In this document: in pieces, positions 21,427-34,100 of the stretch | Layout: the number at the start of each line of letters is the position of its first letter | Numbering within the stretch: position 1 is the first letter of the stretch | Source: Bugula neritina | Taxonomy: Eukaryota; Animalia; Bryozoa | DNA: 64,000 nucleotides | Direction of reading: 5' to 3' | Assembly (NCBI GenBank): GCA_964035545.1 | Contig: OZ037768.1 | Span: forward strand, 17,963,700 to 18,027,699 | Translations under genes and position numbers: made by a program | The notes under the pieces: generated by a model | Database searches by the model: none | What the model was told of the DNA's origin: nothing | What the model saw: the letters and a program-made list of their open reading frames with translations, nothing else

Positions 21427-24400
21427 CTAGTATAGTTCGTATTGTTCATATTTAGCTGGGGTTTTTGTTTGTCTTGACCGTTGCCATCTAACTGGGGCTG
21501 GATCAGGGTTTGTATTCACTTCTGTAGGAATTGCTGTTGCGGCTGATTGAATCTGTGCGTCTGGAACAGAATGACTGGATACTGGGTCATTGGCGTCTGT
21601 TGGTATTTCAGCTGTAGTCAATGGCTGACTAGCTTCCACATCACTCAGAGGGCGCAAATCGGCCCTGTTTCGCCTCACAGCCATGTCTGTGTCTTTGTTT
21701 GAGACAAGGTATGATCGGTCCGACAGCTGTTCAACCACTCTGCCCTGCTGCCATCTAGTCTTTTGTGACACAAAGTCTCTCAGCAGCACTGGTGAGCCAA
21801 TAGCCAACTTTTGCTAAATCTTTAGCTGATTTATTGTAGCTGCTCTGTACCACTTTTCTCTTGTTAGCTTTTTGCTGTAAGACATTGTTCTTTGGCATGT
21901 CACCTGTAGGAAGAATAGACCTCGTGGAATGCCCAAACATCCTCTGAGCTGGTGATGAGGTCATCCCTGCAGTCAGGGTATTTCGATATTCTAGCAGAGC
22001 CAAATATGGGTCTTCTGCTCTCTTCATCAGCCTTTTGATTATTTTAACTGCTGCTTCTGCCTTCCCATTCGACTGCTGATGTCCCGGAGATGAGGTTGTA
22101 GGGCTGAAACCCCATTCAGTGCTAAATTGAGCAAAGTCGGCCGAGGTGAACTGTGGTCCATTGTCTGATTGCAGCTGGTCAGGGATTCCATACCTTGCGA
22201 AAGTTTTCTTGCAAGCCTTGATTACTGCTCTAGATTGTGTGTCAGATAAAGGTTCACATTCAAAGAAGTCAGAGTAATAATCTACCAGCATCAAATAATC
22301 CTTATGCTTATAGGTTAGTATGTCCATGCCTACTTTACTCCAAGGTAAGTCTGGTATGTCATGGTTTTGCAGAGACTCATGCTGTTGTAAAGGTGCATCC
22401 ATTGCACATGTGACACACTTGTCAGTTTTCATTCGAATGTCCTCAGCCATTTGAGGCCAGAATACCGCATTGCGAGCTCTTCTGATAGTGGCAGCTGTTC
22501 CTTGATGGCTAGTGTGAAGCTTGTTGAGTATCTCACCTCTGGCAGCTATGGGCACAACCAGTCTAGATCCTTTATAAATAATCCCATCTAGTACTCCAAG
22601 TTCATCTTTGTATGAATAGTACGGCTTCACCTCTTCTGGAAGTTGAAATAATTTGTTAGGCCATCCTGAGGTTATCAGAGATTGCAGCTGCACCATTACT
22701 GAATCATTACCCGTATGCTGTTTGATCAGTTTATAGGTCGCTTCTGACACCGGCAGGTCTTGCTTCAGACCCGTTTCGCTTAGGTCAGACATAAATGACT
22801 TTAATTGATCAACTGTGAAAATCTGTTCTTCTGATGTATTGTTCTGGGGTTCACCAACAGGAGCGCGAGACAGCATGTCTGCTGTAACTTGTTCAGAACC
22901 AGGTTTGTAGTGCACTTTAATTTGGTATCATTGCAGAGCCAATAGCATTGATTGCAGGCGTTTAGGCGCTTTGTTCAGAGGCTTCTTAAATATTGTTTTT
23001 AAAGGGTGGTGATCCGTGTGTACAGTTACATCTGGGTTTCCAAAAACGTACTGATCGTATTTCTGCATCCCATAGACGATGGCCAGAAGTTCTAGTTCAA
23101 TAGGTGGATAGTTTTTCTCACTATCTGTCAAACTTCTAGAGCCATAGCTTACTGGTTGCCCCTCTTGTAAAAGTACAGCTCCGAGCCCTTCTAGACTTGC
23201 ATCAGTCTGTACAACTACTGGCTGGTTCATGTTGAAGTATTTGAGTGAAGAAGTTTTCGTGATGAGTTTTTTAATCTCCTCAAATGCTCTCTTTTGATCT
23301 TGGCCCCAGACAAACTCTTCCTTGCTTACACCAATCAGCCGTCTTAGTGGTTCACATTCAGCAGAGCAGTGAGGTATGAACTTTGATAGGTAGTTCACAT
23401 GACCAAGAAACCTCTGTATTTCTTCACTGTTGACAAGGGGCTTCATGTCCGTTATGGCTTGGATTTTATTAGGATCGGGCTTCACTCCATCTTTTGTTAT
23501 CAAATGACCAATATAAGGTAGCTCTTCTAGAAGAAACTTACATTTTTCTTTGTTTAGCTTGAGATTAACCCTACGTGCTCTTGCTAAAAGTTTTTCGAGC
23601 TTTTGGTTATGGTCTTGCACTGCTTCCGCTTGAGTAGCTCCTTTCCCATAGATTAGGATGTCGTCTGCTACTACAGTTACTCCGTCGAGACCGCTAAGTG
23701 CATCTGAGAGTCTCCTCTGGAACTCTTCAGGACTTGAGGACAACCCAAAAGGCATCCTCAGCCATTTGTATTTGCCAAATGGCGTCCAGAATGTAGTTAA
23801 ATCACTGGACTTTTTGCTGAGCTTTATCTGCAGAAAGCCGTTTTTGGCATCACACAGTGAGAATACTCGAGCACCATCCAGCTCGCTAAGCACATCGTCC
23901 AGCGTCGGCATTGGAAAATGATTTCTTTGAATCACTTGGTTTAGGTTGCTTGGGTCTAAACATACTCTCAGTGTGCCATTGGGTTTTCTCACAGCCACAT
24001 GATTGTTTATTCAAGCTGTTGGATAGTCTACTGGACTTAAGATACCTTTCTGGGTGTATGACTGCAATTTTTGTTTGAGATCAGCTACCATCGAGAGAGG
24101 CGTCTTTCTGTTGTGACTTTGTCTTGGGATAGCCTTATCATCTATTTCAATATGGTATTCCCCAGGCAAACATCCAATACCTTCAAAAACCTCTGGGTAG
24201 CTTCCGAGAATGTCATCTAGGCTGGCATTGCTTATTAGGTTAACCCACTCCTCTTTAATGGTTATCAAACCAAGCTGAAGAGCGGCCTCACCAGATAGAA
24301 GGCTGTGATTTCGTGTCTTGTGCACCAGAAAATACAGCTTCTCTCCAGCTACTTCCAGTTCGCATCCTCCTAATGCTCGAGTGATAGAACCACCAAACTG

Positions 24401-25411
24401 CTTTAGCCTTGTCTGGTTGTTGTCAAGCTTTGGCTCACCGAGATCAACAAAATCTTTGTGATTGAAAATGTTACAGGATGCTCCTGTGTCGATCTGAAAC
24501 TGTGTCGGTTTGTGACTATCATTCACACTGGCTCTTATAGTTGTCATCAACTTTTTGTTCTTTCTGATTACCTGTATGCTCAACAATGATTCACTTGAGC
24601 CATCACTGTCTTCTTCTACCATGTTTACTTGCTTCTTTGAGCGACATCGAGATCCCCAATGGTTATACTTTTTGCAGTTATGACACTGGTGACCGTATGC
24701 AGAACACTTTCTGGGAGGGTGAGACTGCCCACAGTTGCCACAACTTCCTTTTGAAAAGTTTCCTGTTCGAGTGGACCTTACTGCATTATCATCATCATCT
24801 TTGCTTGGTTTATTAGGCTTCTTTCTGGAACCGATGAACTGCACTGATTCTTCAGACTGGATTGCAGCCATGTCATTCCTTGAATTCTCAGCAATACGAC
24901 ATTTCTTTATAGCTTCTTCTAGCCCTAAGCCAGTATCCCCGCTGGCGTCATCAAATAGCTTCCTTCTTAGTTGGGCATCGTTGATGCCCAGGAGTAAAGC
25001 TTGAAGCATGAAATCGTCATACATTGTGTCCAGTTGACACTCTCGAGCGATTTTGTGAAGCGAGGTGACATATTCATCAATGTTCATGGTATTCTGCTTG
25101 GTTGATAACAGTTGATGTCTTTTGACTACTTTATTAGTGCCTCGTTGACAAAAAGCATCAAACTTTTCCACAACATCAGCATAGACTTCTTTTGATTTAC
25201 CATCTGAGAAAGTGAATGTTTTGAATATGTCGTTGCCTCTTGGGCCTATGCATCTTAACATAATGGCTACTTTGACTTTATCATCAGAATTTGCTTTCTC
25301 AGCTGCTGTGAGGAATAGCTCAAATTCTTCTTTAAATCTCGTCCACTGGTTGGACAAGTCAGAGCCATCTTGAATAGGCTTGGGGGCTAAAAAGTCAACA
25401 CTGATACTCAT
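21427..25411 (-). pseudogene. Gypsy gag-pol polyprotein (gag zinc knuckles, protease, RT, RNase H, integrase), disrupted
   Basis: CGNCGQSH..C/CHNCKKYNH..C, DTGAS, VADD, TDAS..GLGAVL, H..H..C..C and SDNGPQF..SNGKAE. In-frame TGA at 24011-24013 (PTA*INN, normally W) and 22928-22930 (LQ*YQ, normally R); frameshift near 21810. Confidence 0.95.
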
Positions 25412-25500
25412 CTTGATATTGTGATTTTTTGTTGTTCTTGATTTAGTTGTATTGTTTGTTGTCTCTTTCCAGCAAACACTTTTACTTTTAGTTTTAAGTC

Positions 25501-25516
25501 CTCACTCGGGGCACCA
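25501..25516 (-). promoter_or_regulatory. Primer-binding site complementary to elongator tRNA-Met 3' end
   Basis: Plus strand TCCTCACTCGGGGCACCA closely matches the 3' end of eukaryotic elongator tRNA-Met (..TCCTCACACGGGGCACCA) and abuts the 5' LTR. Confidence 0.75.
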
Positions 25517-25709
25517 TGTTTATGCTATGTTTGCTTTATAGATTCAGAGACCGGTCAGAGTTTAAGATAGTTTATTGCTCAAGATATTAAAGGTCCACTC
25601 TGGATAGATCTAAAAGCACGAACTGACTATTATTAATAACACGAATAACATAGTATAAAGTATAAACCTTTATAAACAAAGACAAAGCTTATTCAGCATA
25701 TCATCAACA
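25517..25709 (-). repeat. 5' LTR of Gypsy element
   Basis: 193-bp direct repeat of 16887-17081, followed by the GTAGT TSD. Confidence 0.95.
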
Positions 25710-25851
25710 GTAGTAACTAGTAACAGTAAGTGCAGTTACTATTAGTGTTACTGTAACTGTTTGAGTTAGTGTTGCCGAGTTAGACTTACTCTTAGAGTTA
25801 CCCGTAACTTAGTGTTGGTGAATCAGAATAGATTAATATTTGTTATTTAGT

Positions 25852-28800
25852 ATTACCTCTGATTACCTCTGATGAGGTAGAACGCTCTTGACCATCATAT
25901 GACGTTAGTAGAGCGCCTCATGTGTGTGACAGTGAGTGTTCCGTTGTTTTTTGTTTTGTTTTTTTTTAGTGCTTTCGCATTACCGCTGATATTATTCAAT
26001 TTAGATAGTGATATTTAAAAAAAAAATTGATAAGTAAGCTAGGTAAATCTTCTCATGTCGCGTATCGTTCTTGGTAAGAAACTTTGGTGGTAACAGCTAG
26101 AGCGAGAAGAAATGGAGTTAGGCAAACCTTGGGTTGCTGATCTCGTAGTTACGGACATGAGAGAGCGATTTTCCACAACCTCATCATAGTCTGATGAAAG
26201 TGTACTGTGTGTGGCTTCAGACTGTAGAATACGTGTCAATAGTGTGAGTCTATGATTTTTATACCTCGCTTGTAATGGTAGTAGACCCAGTTCCCATCGA
26301 GCATCACTAACACTCTCTCGCCCCTTGAGACCTGATATGAACCTCACAGCACGGTTCTGAACCATTTCTATATCATGTATGGTGGTTTTTAAATAAGGAT
26401 CCCAGAGGGTATCTGCATACTCCAACAGTGGACGGCAGAGGCTGGTGTAAGCTAAGAGTTTGCCATTCTTTGGAGCATCATGGAGAGCAAACTTTATTGC
26501 TCCCAGGACTCTGCTAGCTCTTTGTGATTTCAGCACAATGTGTTTGTCAAATTTAAGGTTACTCTGCATGGTCACACCGAGATACTTGGTCTCTTCAGTC
26601 CATTGGACAGGTGTACTCCCAAGCTTATAAGATGGAAGGCCTGTTTGGCGACCAAATGATATAGCATGGCATTTACTTTCATTAAAAGGCATCTTCCACT
26701 GTTGGGACCAGTTATATGCTACATCGATATTGACCTGGAAGTCTGCAGCATCTGCTTCTGAGTTTACTCTTTGGTACAACAGGGTGTCGTCTGCATAAAG
26801 ACTGACACAACAATTGACACAACTTGGTAAATCGTTAATATAAACCAGGAATAGTGTGGGTCCTAGTACAGATCCTTGGGGGACGCCCGATGTTACTGGG
26901 AGCTCAGTTGAGCATGAGCCTTTGATTACAACTCTCTGTTTTCTGTTGGTGATGAAATCTTGAATCCAATTTATAATCTGTGGGTTAACTTCTGGAATGC
27001 GACGTAGTTTCAGTAGCAGTAGGGAATGGGGGACTTTGTCAAATGCTTTTATGAAGTCTAGAACAATTGCATGTGTGTCTTGTGATTGGTCGTGCACTTT
27101 GGCAATGTCATGGTACGTTGAGCACAGCTGATTATCGCATCGACATTCCCTTCCGAAAACCATGCTGCCTGTTGTGAAGTATATTGTCAAGGGTTGCATT
27201 CAGGTAGTGCAGGATTATGTGCTCAAGCAATTTGCACGGAATGCTTGTGGGGGAGATAGGCCTATAATTCTGTGGTGATTCCTTGCTTCCTCCTTTATGT
27301 ATTGGGGTTACATTAGCGAATTTCCACTCTCCACAGGATAGTTAAGGGCATCCTCACTAAGAATATCATAAATTTCTCTCAAAATGTAGTTCGGGTTCTT
27401 GAATAATATTGCTCTGCGGGTGGCATGCGTGTTGCCTACTTGTAATTGTTTAGCCTAAGATTAAACTACAACCAATAAGCAGCAACCTTCGTTAAGGCTG
27501 CGTTATCTATCAACATTCCATTATTGGTGCTACATAAACAAAGTACAAAGCAAGCTATTCATTATAGCCTGCCAGCTAGCTAGCCTGTAATTATTATGTA
27601 GGTGCCAATATCTTCTCATCCCTACGTGCTCAGTGAAGCGTGAAGCGCTGCGCGCTGCTAGTTTCTTATGAGAAAATATAGCATTTTCAGTGTATAAATC
27701 ACCAATTTATGAGCAATCTAGCAGAGTTATTGAGAAAAGAAAAAAAACTTACACTGGAGAAATATCTCAGGATTCCAGCAGTGCAATTTTTTTTCAGATA
27801 TCATGCTTTGCTGCTGAGATATTTTACTGGTACTGAAAAGTCAGCTTTTCAGGCAAAATTGGCCAAAATTCGGCAGTTTTTTGTCTATAACTTCGCAAAA
27901 AAAATGAAAATTGAAATTTCCAAAAAACTTACACTGAAAAAAAAGAAGATCTACAACATAGTTTTTAAATTTTGACTCTAGCACAATTAGGTGAGATTTT
28001 ATTTTACTGGTACTGAATTCTTATATGATTACAATGCAAACCTCAGCAAGGCAGTTGCAGCTAAAAGGTTGCCCTTAACTATCCTGTGTCTTGGTAGTTT
28101 TCCAGATTTAAGGGAGGCATGATATATGTGCTGAAGACAAGTGGCATTTATTTCAGTATCAACTAATAAGTCTGGTTTTCTTATGCCGTCTGGCACCGGC
28201 GATTTACCATTTGCCAAACCTCTAATAAGTGACTCAAGTTCCTTGATAAATATGCATATGTTATGAGTATCACTGCTATTTGGATATTGTGACACCTGGT
28301 GATCTTGGCAGAACTGACTATAAAAATAACTGTTCAAGATCTCATTGAGTTGTCAGTTAGTTGATTAGTATCAGGGTCAGTAAGAGACATGGAAAAATTA
28401 TCTTGACCAGTTTTTTGCCTCAGGTGTTTGAAAAAAGGCTTGGAATTTCCCCTCTCTAATAGTTTACATACCTTCTCAACTACATAGTTCCTCTTTTTGT
28501 GACGAAGTAATTTTTTGCAAGATTTTCGCTCTGTTTTATACTTCTCCAAAAAAAAACACATCCCTTGTTTTTTTATACTTAAACCAAGTTTTTCTTTGCT
28601 TTTGAGCAAGCTTCTTTGTCTCCTTATCAAACCTATCAGGCCAGCGAGGGTTCTTGGTTTTAAAACTTTTGTAGGAATGTGATCTTTGCAAGCCTGCGCA
28701 AGACCTTCTCTAAAAAGGGGCCACATGTTGTCAGGATCTGACATGTCCTCAAGTTTGTTACTGACAGTTTGCATACTGTCTCTGAAACCAGTTATATTTG

Positions 28801-30400
28801 CATTTTTGTATAGTCTAATTGTTTTTGGTTGTATTTTTAAGGGATTTGGTCTATGGCAGGTAAGCACTGCAGTGATGATGTAGTGATCACTGAGACCAGG
28901 AGATATTATATCAATATCTGTGACTAACGCTGTGTTATTGGTACAGATTAAATCCAGGATATTAACATGAATATGTGTGGGTTGTGTAACAAGTTGTTGC
29001 ATCCTGTTTTCAAATAACATGGTGAGAAAGTCCAAGGGTACAGACTTGAATTTTGCACCATATTTTAGTTTTCTGGTTTCCCAGTCTATTTCAAGGAGGT
29101 TAAAGTCGCCAACAAGAATGATGGAATGATGATGGTATTTGTTGGAGATGTGTTCAACGACATTTCTCAAAGCTGCCATGTTTAGCATTGATATGTTTGT
29201 TCTATAGTAGCAGCATATTATAATGTTGTGTTTGATCTGTACTACAACCATTTCTTCGCCCAAAGTGTCGAGTTCAACTTTAGTTGGCTGAAGTGAATTC
29301 GCTGCTGCTATAAGGACCCCGCCATCATGAATATTGCGATCCCATCTAAATGTGGTCTTGCTTTGGCTAGAGAGAATGTCACAGTTGTTTATAGTGTCAT
29401 CAATATGTGTTTCTACCAAACAAACTATATCATATTCAGATTTAATGAATTGAACTTCGGCCGTCTTCCCCTTAACAGACCTGGAGTTTGCCAAAAATAA
29501 GGCTAGTGGGCTCTCATTACACTGTCTGATGCCGACGTCAGACGCTTCCATTCCCCCGAGGGTTGCTGACATTCAATTTGCAGATTCCTTATTCTGCATG
29601 CAGATCCAGGGTTGTCACTTTTCAGTCCACGCACACACTCACGGAGGGCGAATTCTTGGTTGCGGATTTCCTTGCTGGCATCTAGCTTGCAGGAGACTTT
29701 GTCACTTTTAAGTCCCCAAGAATTCACCCTTTTTATGAAGACCCATTTGAATTGGATAGTCTCAAAGACAACTTTTATGGGTCTAGCGGTTTCCGTACTC
29801 TTTTTTCCGAGTCTTAAGGCGGCATGAGGTTTGTCAAGGTTTTTGAATCTTTCATCTCTCATGAATTTTTCGACCTACTCTAATACCGGTATATCATCTC
29901 CCTCCGGCACACCATATGGAATGGCATTACATTTTCTGGCATCTGCCTCACTTATTTCATTACTTTTCTGCATCAACTTCTCAGCATTTCTGTTTACTTC
30001 AACAGCCTTATTCATTTAGACTGTACTTTGCTCAACAAGCTTGGAACATTGATCTTCCAGGGACTTTATGTTCTCATTGTTACTCTTTAGTGCATCAGCA
30101 TACGTGAGTTGCATGCCTTTAACAGCTCGGTCAATATCGTTAAGTTTGTTCATTGTTAACAGATTCATTTCTTCCAGCTTTTTTTTAGTTCGGTAATTGA
30201 AGGTTTTAGCTTCAGTTTGGTCTTGAGAGTCTACATTAATTACCAGCTCCGGTATGCATTTGGTGCAGAACCATCTTACTCCTTTCCCATCTGCGCTATT
30301 ACTGTTAGTATTTAAACTCTAACAGTAATACTGGTTTGTTGTTGACAGGTGTTTTTGAATGCACCACACACAATATCCTTGAATGTTTCCCATTTAGCTG
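25852..30400 (-). mobile_element. Near full-length degenerate CR1-group LINE, interrupted by a CACTA-like insert
   Basis: ORF1 remnants (GVRWFCTKC PHD end ~30260-30285; RLGKK..RPIKVVF at 29503-29862), APE (LANSRSVKGK, GDFN, SDH; 28334-29572), RT (26039-27330; YADD, SFLPRTIRD), (ATCAGAGGTA)2 tail. Confidence 0.92.
27332..28088. mobile_element. Non-autonomous CACTA/EnSpm(CMC)-like DNA transposon (757 bp)
   Basis: 19-bp TIRs CACAGGATAGTTAAGGGCA / TGCCCTTAACTATCCTGTG with 2-bp TC TSD. Removing the insert and one TSD restores the LINE RT frame KLPR-EWKFANVTP. Confidence 0.88.
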
Positions 30401-31158
30401 TAGTACTTTTCCTTCACAGATATTTCCAAATTAACTTAATCTTTTTTAACGTTTTCCAGTATTTACATTTAATTAATTGACTTAGTGACTAGAGTAGAGT
30501 TATTATGATTAGAAAAGGTTTATGATAGTCTTTCCTGAATAATTTAATGTGTTCCTCGAAGTACTGGTGTTGTAATTTTTACTCTTGTGGGTTTCAGTGT
30601 ATAATCAAGTTAGTGCATTGCTTATAATCCAATCAATCCCGCAATTGTAGTTTCAGATAATAAAGAAGTATATTTACACAAATAAGTACACAAATAAAAC
30701 TCTACATCTACTCAGATATTCTACAGCAATTCAGTACAGTGTTTCTAGTTTGCCTGTCTACTAACAACTGTTTTACTAAGCGGGAAGCCACAGTCCTAAT
30801 AATAACTGATGATTCCTATTGGAGGGTTTGTTGTCTCGGGTCATCTTCCTACGCACGCAATGACCCCATATTACAGTTAGAAGGGAATTAGTGCTTTCCC
30901 CTTTTCAATTATGATAGTAGTCCATCGAGCCACCACACCGGTCTGTTTCGTTCACGTCAAACATTAATTTAATATGGTATCATTTTAGCTTCTATCATTG
31001 AAAAAGGTAAGAGAACATCTTGGCATTCAACTGAAAAGAGATGGTGTTATCAGTGTCTAGTCTAGTTTGCTGACAGCTATTTCAAAATTCAAAATGGCTC
31101 TAGTAGAAAAGTTTTGGCTCATTGGTGGAAGAGTGTGAGAATTCAATTGGAGCTCAAC

Positions 31159-34100
31159 ATGGCCTTGTCTAGGTTGGGCACAGGCAATTACAGAAATGTT
31201 ATAACAGAAATTCTCAAAGAAATTAGTGGAGGTAAAGCAATTTTACTAATTTTATTGCAAAGCTATGGTGCTATTGTTATGTGCCTATTTTTTTTTAAAG
31301 TTTTCTATTTTCTATAAATAAAATGGAATATATAGCTTTATTTTATGACGTGTTTTTAAATGTCAATTTTCTTTATTATTTATTTGTAATTAAAAGTTTG
31401 CTTTTCTTAAATGTACAGAATAAAATTTATTATGTCTGCTGACATTGCTATTCATCACAAAACCTTAAAACTATTCAATGTTTTACATTATTTATGTATA
31501 TAGAGGTGGACAGCATTGTACTAAGAAAGCTGAAGCCCGAGGTTGTTGCAGAAGTAAGGCATGCTCGTATTAGGGACATCTTTGCCGCTACTACGTTCCG
31601 TCAGTTATATGCTCTGATTCTTAAAGACTTTGACAATGACTTGAAGGCATCGGTGTTAGCCATCAATAGAATGATTGTACTAGTGCATAAGAATCTTAGT
31701 CCAGCAGTAAGTTAATGGCATGTTTGCAGTGCAGTATGGAAGTAGTGTGTGTACACATTTATATAACATAATCTCTCTGTTATGGAGAATGGCTCACTAC
31801 TAGTCATGTTAGTGTGATTCTCAGCAACTGTGATGAAGTGGTGTTCGTAAATTCCAGCAATCTAACATTTTTATTAAATAGTGGAGACTATTTTTTTCTA
31901 ATGTTGATTGTTGCGATGCTGCTTGATTTAAATTGTATTAACATCTTCAAGAAAAGAATAATTATCTATTGTGTATAAAGTTCTTTTACATAAAAATGAA
32001 AGAAAAGAGGGCACAATTTCCTGTACAGATAAATAATGCAAACAGGGTAAAAATATATATATTTCCTGTAGAAAGTAAATGGTTGTCTGCTTGTGTCTCA
32101 ATATATCTAACTTGTAATTTGTATGGATAGTTGGTAAGCAAGATGAAGAGCTTTACTCGCAGGCTAACACAACAACAGCTGGGCTTTAAACTCGGTGAAG
32201 AATGTGAAGTATATGGCCGAGTAGATGAGCTGAGGACTCTCCGAGAATCTGTTGACCAGGATGAACTCAAATGTATGGCAGTAGCAGCACCTACTTTTCT
32301 TCAAAATGTTGTGCATTTGTGAGATACAAAATATGCACTTTAGATAATTAAGTTTCTTGGTGGAGTGTAAGCAAATATATTTAAAATCAATTGTAGCGAC
32401 TAGTGATTTTATGGCTTCATGTTTAATATTTTCAGATACTAATGATAACATGTTGTCTACTTATTTCTAAGACCATTAAAAAAATTCATTTTTGTTTGAT
32501 GAATTATCCATAACTAATAAAATCAAATTAAATTTTTTTATTCGACCATTAGAAAGTAGTACATGTATAATTTAATCTCTACAAATGCATTATTATGCTA
32601 TATAATTGTAGTGGTTAATGTTTGGGGACAGCATGGCTTTGGTAAAAGCTATATAGTCAAGAACTTGGCATCTAGAATGTTTAATTGGGAGCCCTTTGGT
32701 GTAGAATACACAGATTGCAGGTAGTGTAATGATGTAGCAAGCAATATAATAAAGTAGTTGTAGTGATGGAGAAATTGAGAAAAGTCTGTATTAGATAAAA
32801 AGAATTAGCTAAAAAAGTCACTTTCTTTCGAAAATTTCAATCCGCACTCGAAGCTAGATTTTGTAAAGAAAATTAAAGAACTTGGGCTATTGAATTTTTT
32901 GACTGCACCTAAATGAGTATAATACATGTGTTTGAAAATAAATGTAAATGTATTGAGTTTTTTTGTGGGTATAACCAGCAAAGGAGCCTGTGACCATTTT
33001 AATGTGCATGAGGGGAGGTGCGTTTCTGATGAAAATGGTAAATTTACAAAAGTACACTGTAATGTAATGGAGTGATCTAGTCCATCTCAATAATTGAAAA
33101 AGGAGTAGCATTTTCACATGGAGAATTAGACTGATCTGCACACTAAGTGCATATTTCAGCTACAGGTAAATGTAAATAAATATATATTGTTGAACTCTGT
33201 AATGGGGTTTTGTTGTATGTTATGTTTTAGCAGCTTCCGTGTACTTTAGTTCGTATATTTCTACTTACATTTATGTCTTTGTAGTGTCACAGTATGTTAG
33301 GTTTTCTGGTTAAAGTTTTCTCATCACAAAACCAATCGGAAGTAATTTTTAGGTTTAGTTTTAAATATTTAGTGCATAACCTGCTGCAAACTGAATTAAA
33401 TATTTCCTTTATCGTAAACAAAAAAAAATAAAGAAATCTTTTACTACAACAAAAACATAAATTGTATCGTTTAATAATTGAAATTCTTAGGCTCCATCCA
33501 TTATAGAAAACAATTGAGCCAATGGTATACTAATCGATTCAATTGTGTTTATAAACTAAAAATTAATTATTTTTTTAACACTGCAAGCTGTGCTGTGTTT
33601 AATAACAATCACACGTACACATTTTAGTGGTCTGCAAACACTAAGCTGCTTGTTCACACGAATTCTGGTGAGATTACCTCCTCAGCGTTATTCTAAAGCA
33701 GTAGCTAAACCTAACGAGCTTTTGGGACTATGGCTGCGTTACTTGGAGCAAAAATACCAAGGTTTGTCACATATAGCATTGAGGTGCATGAGCGACGCAA
33801 TGGTATGGTTTTCTGAAATACTCTTATATATGCTGTTTTGGAGTGTATAATGCTCAGTGGTCTATAATGTTCTGTAGTATATAGTATTCTGTAGTATATA
33901 ATGTTCTGTAGTATATAATGTTCTGTAGTATATAATGTTGTGTAGTATATAATGTTTTGTAGTATATTTTGTTCTGTAGTATATAATGTTCTCTGGTGTA
34001 CAATACTTCACAGTCTATAATAATTTATAGTATATAATACTCTATGGTAAGACATGCTACACAGTACATGAAGTTTGTTCCTATAATTTGGATTATTTTA

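Larger units (their letters stand above)
16887..25709 (-). mobile_element. Gypsy/Ty3 LTR retrotransposon (Mag-like), full length but inactivated, with nested LINE
   Basis: LTRs 16887-17081 and 25517-25709 (TG..CA; 2 substitutions plus a 2-bp indel), GTAGT 5-bp TSD, PBS TGGTGCCCCGAGTGAG at 25516-25501, PPT AAAGGGGA at 17089-17082, gag-PR-RT-RH-IN order. Confidence 0.96.

Noticed and set aside
22928-24013. Programmed readthrough or selenocysteine at the two in-frame TGA codons in Gypsy pol
   Set aside because: They replace conserved Trp and Arg positions within RT and after RNase H by single transitions, and a frameshift is also present; simple decay explains them.
17681-25004. Plus-strand ORFs (e.g. 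17681, 18734, 20253, 23658, 24735)
   Set aside because: Antisense shadows of LINE and Gypsy coding frames with no independent features.
27709-27975. 88-aa ORF as a transposase or captured gene in the CACTA-like element
   Set aside because: Short, Lys/Phe-rich product of AT-rich sequence with no recognisable motif.
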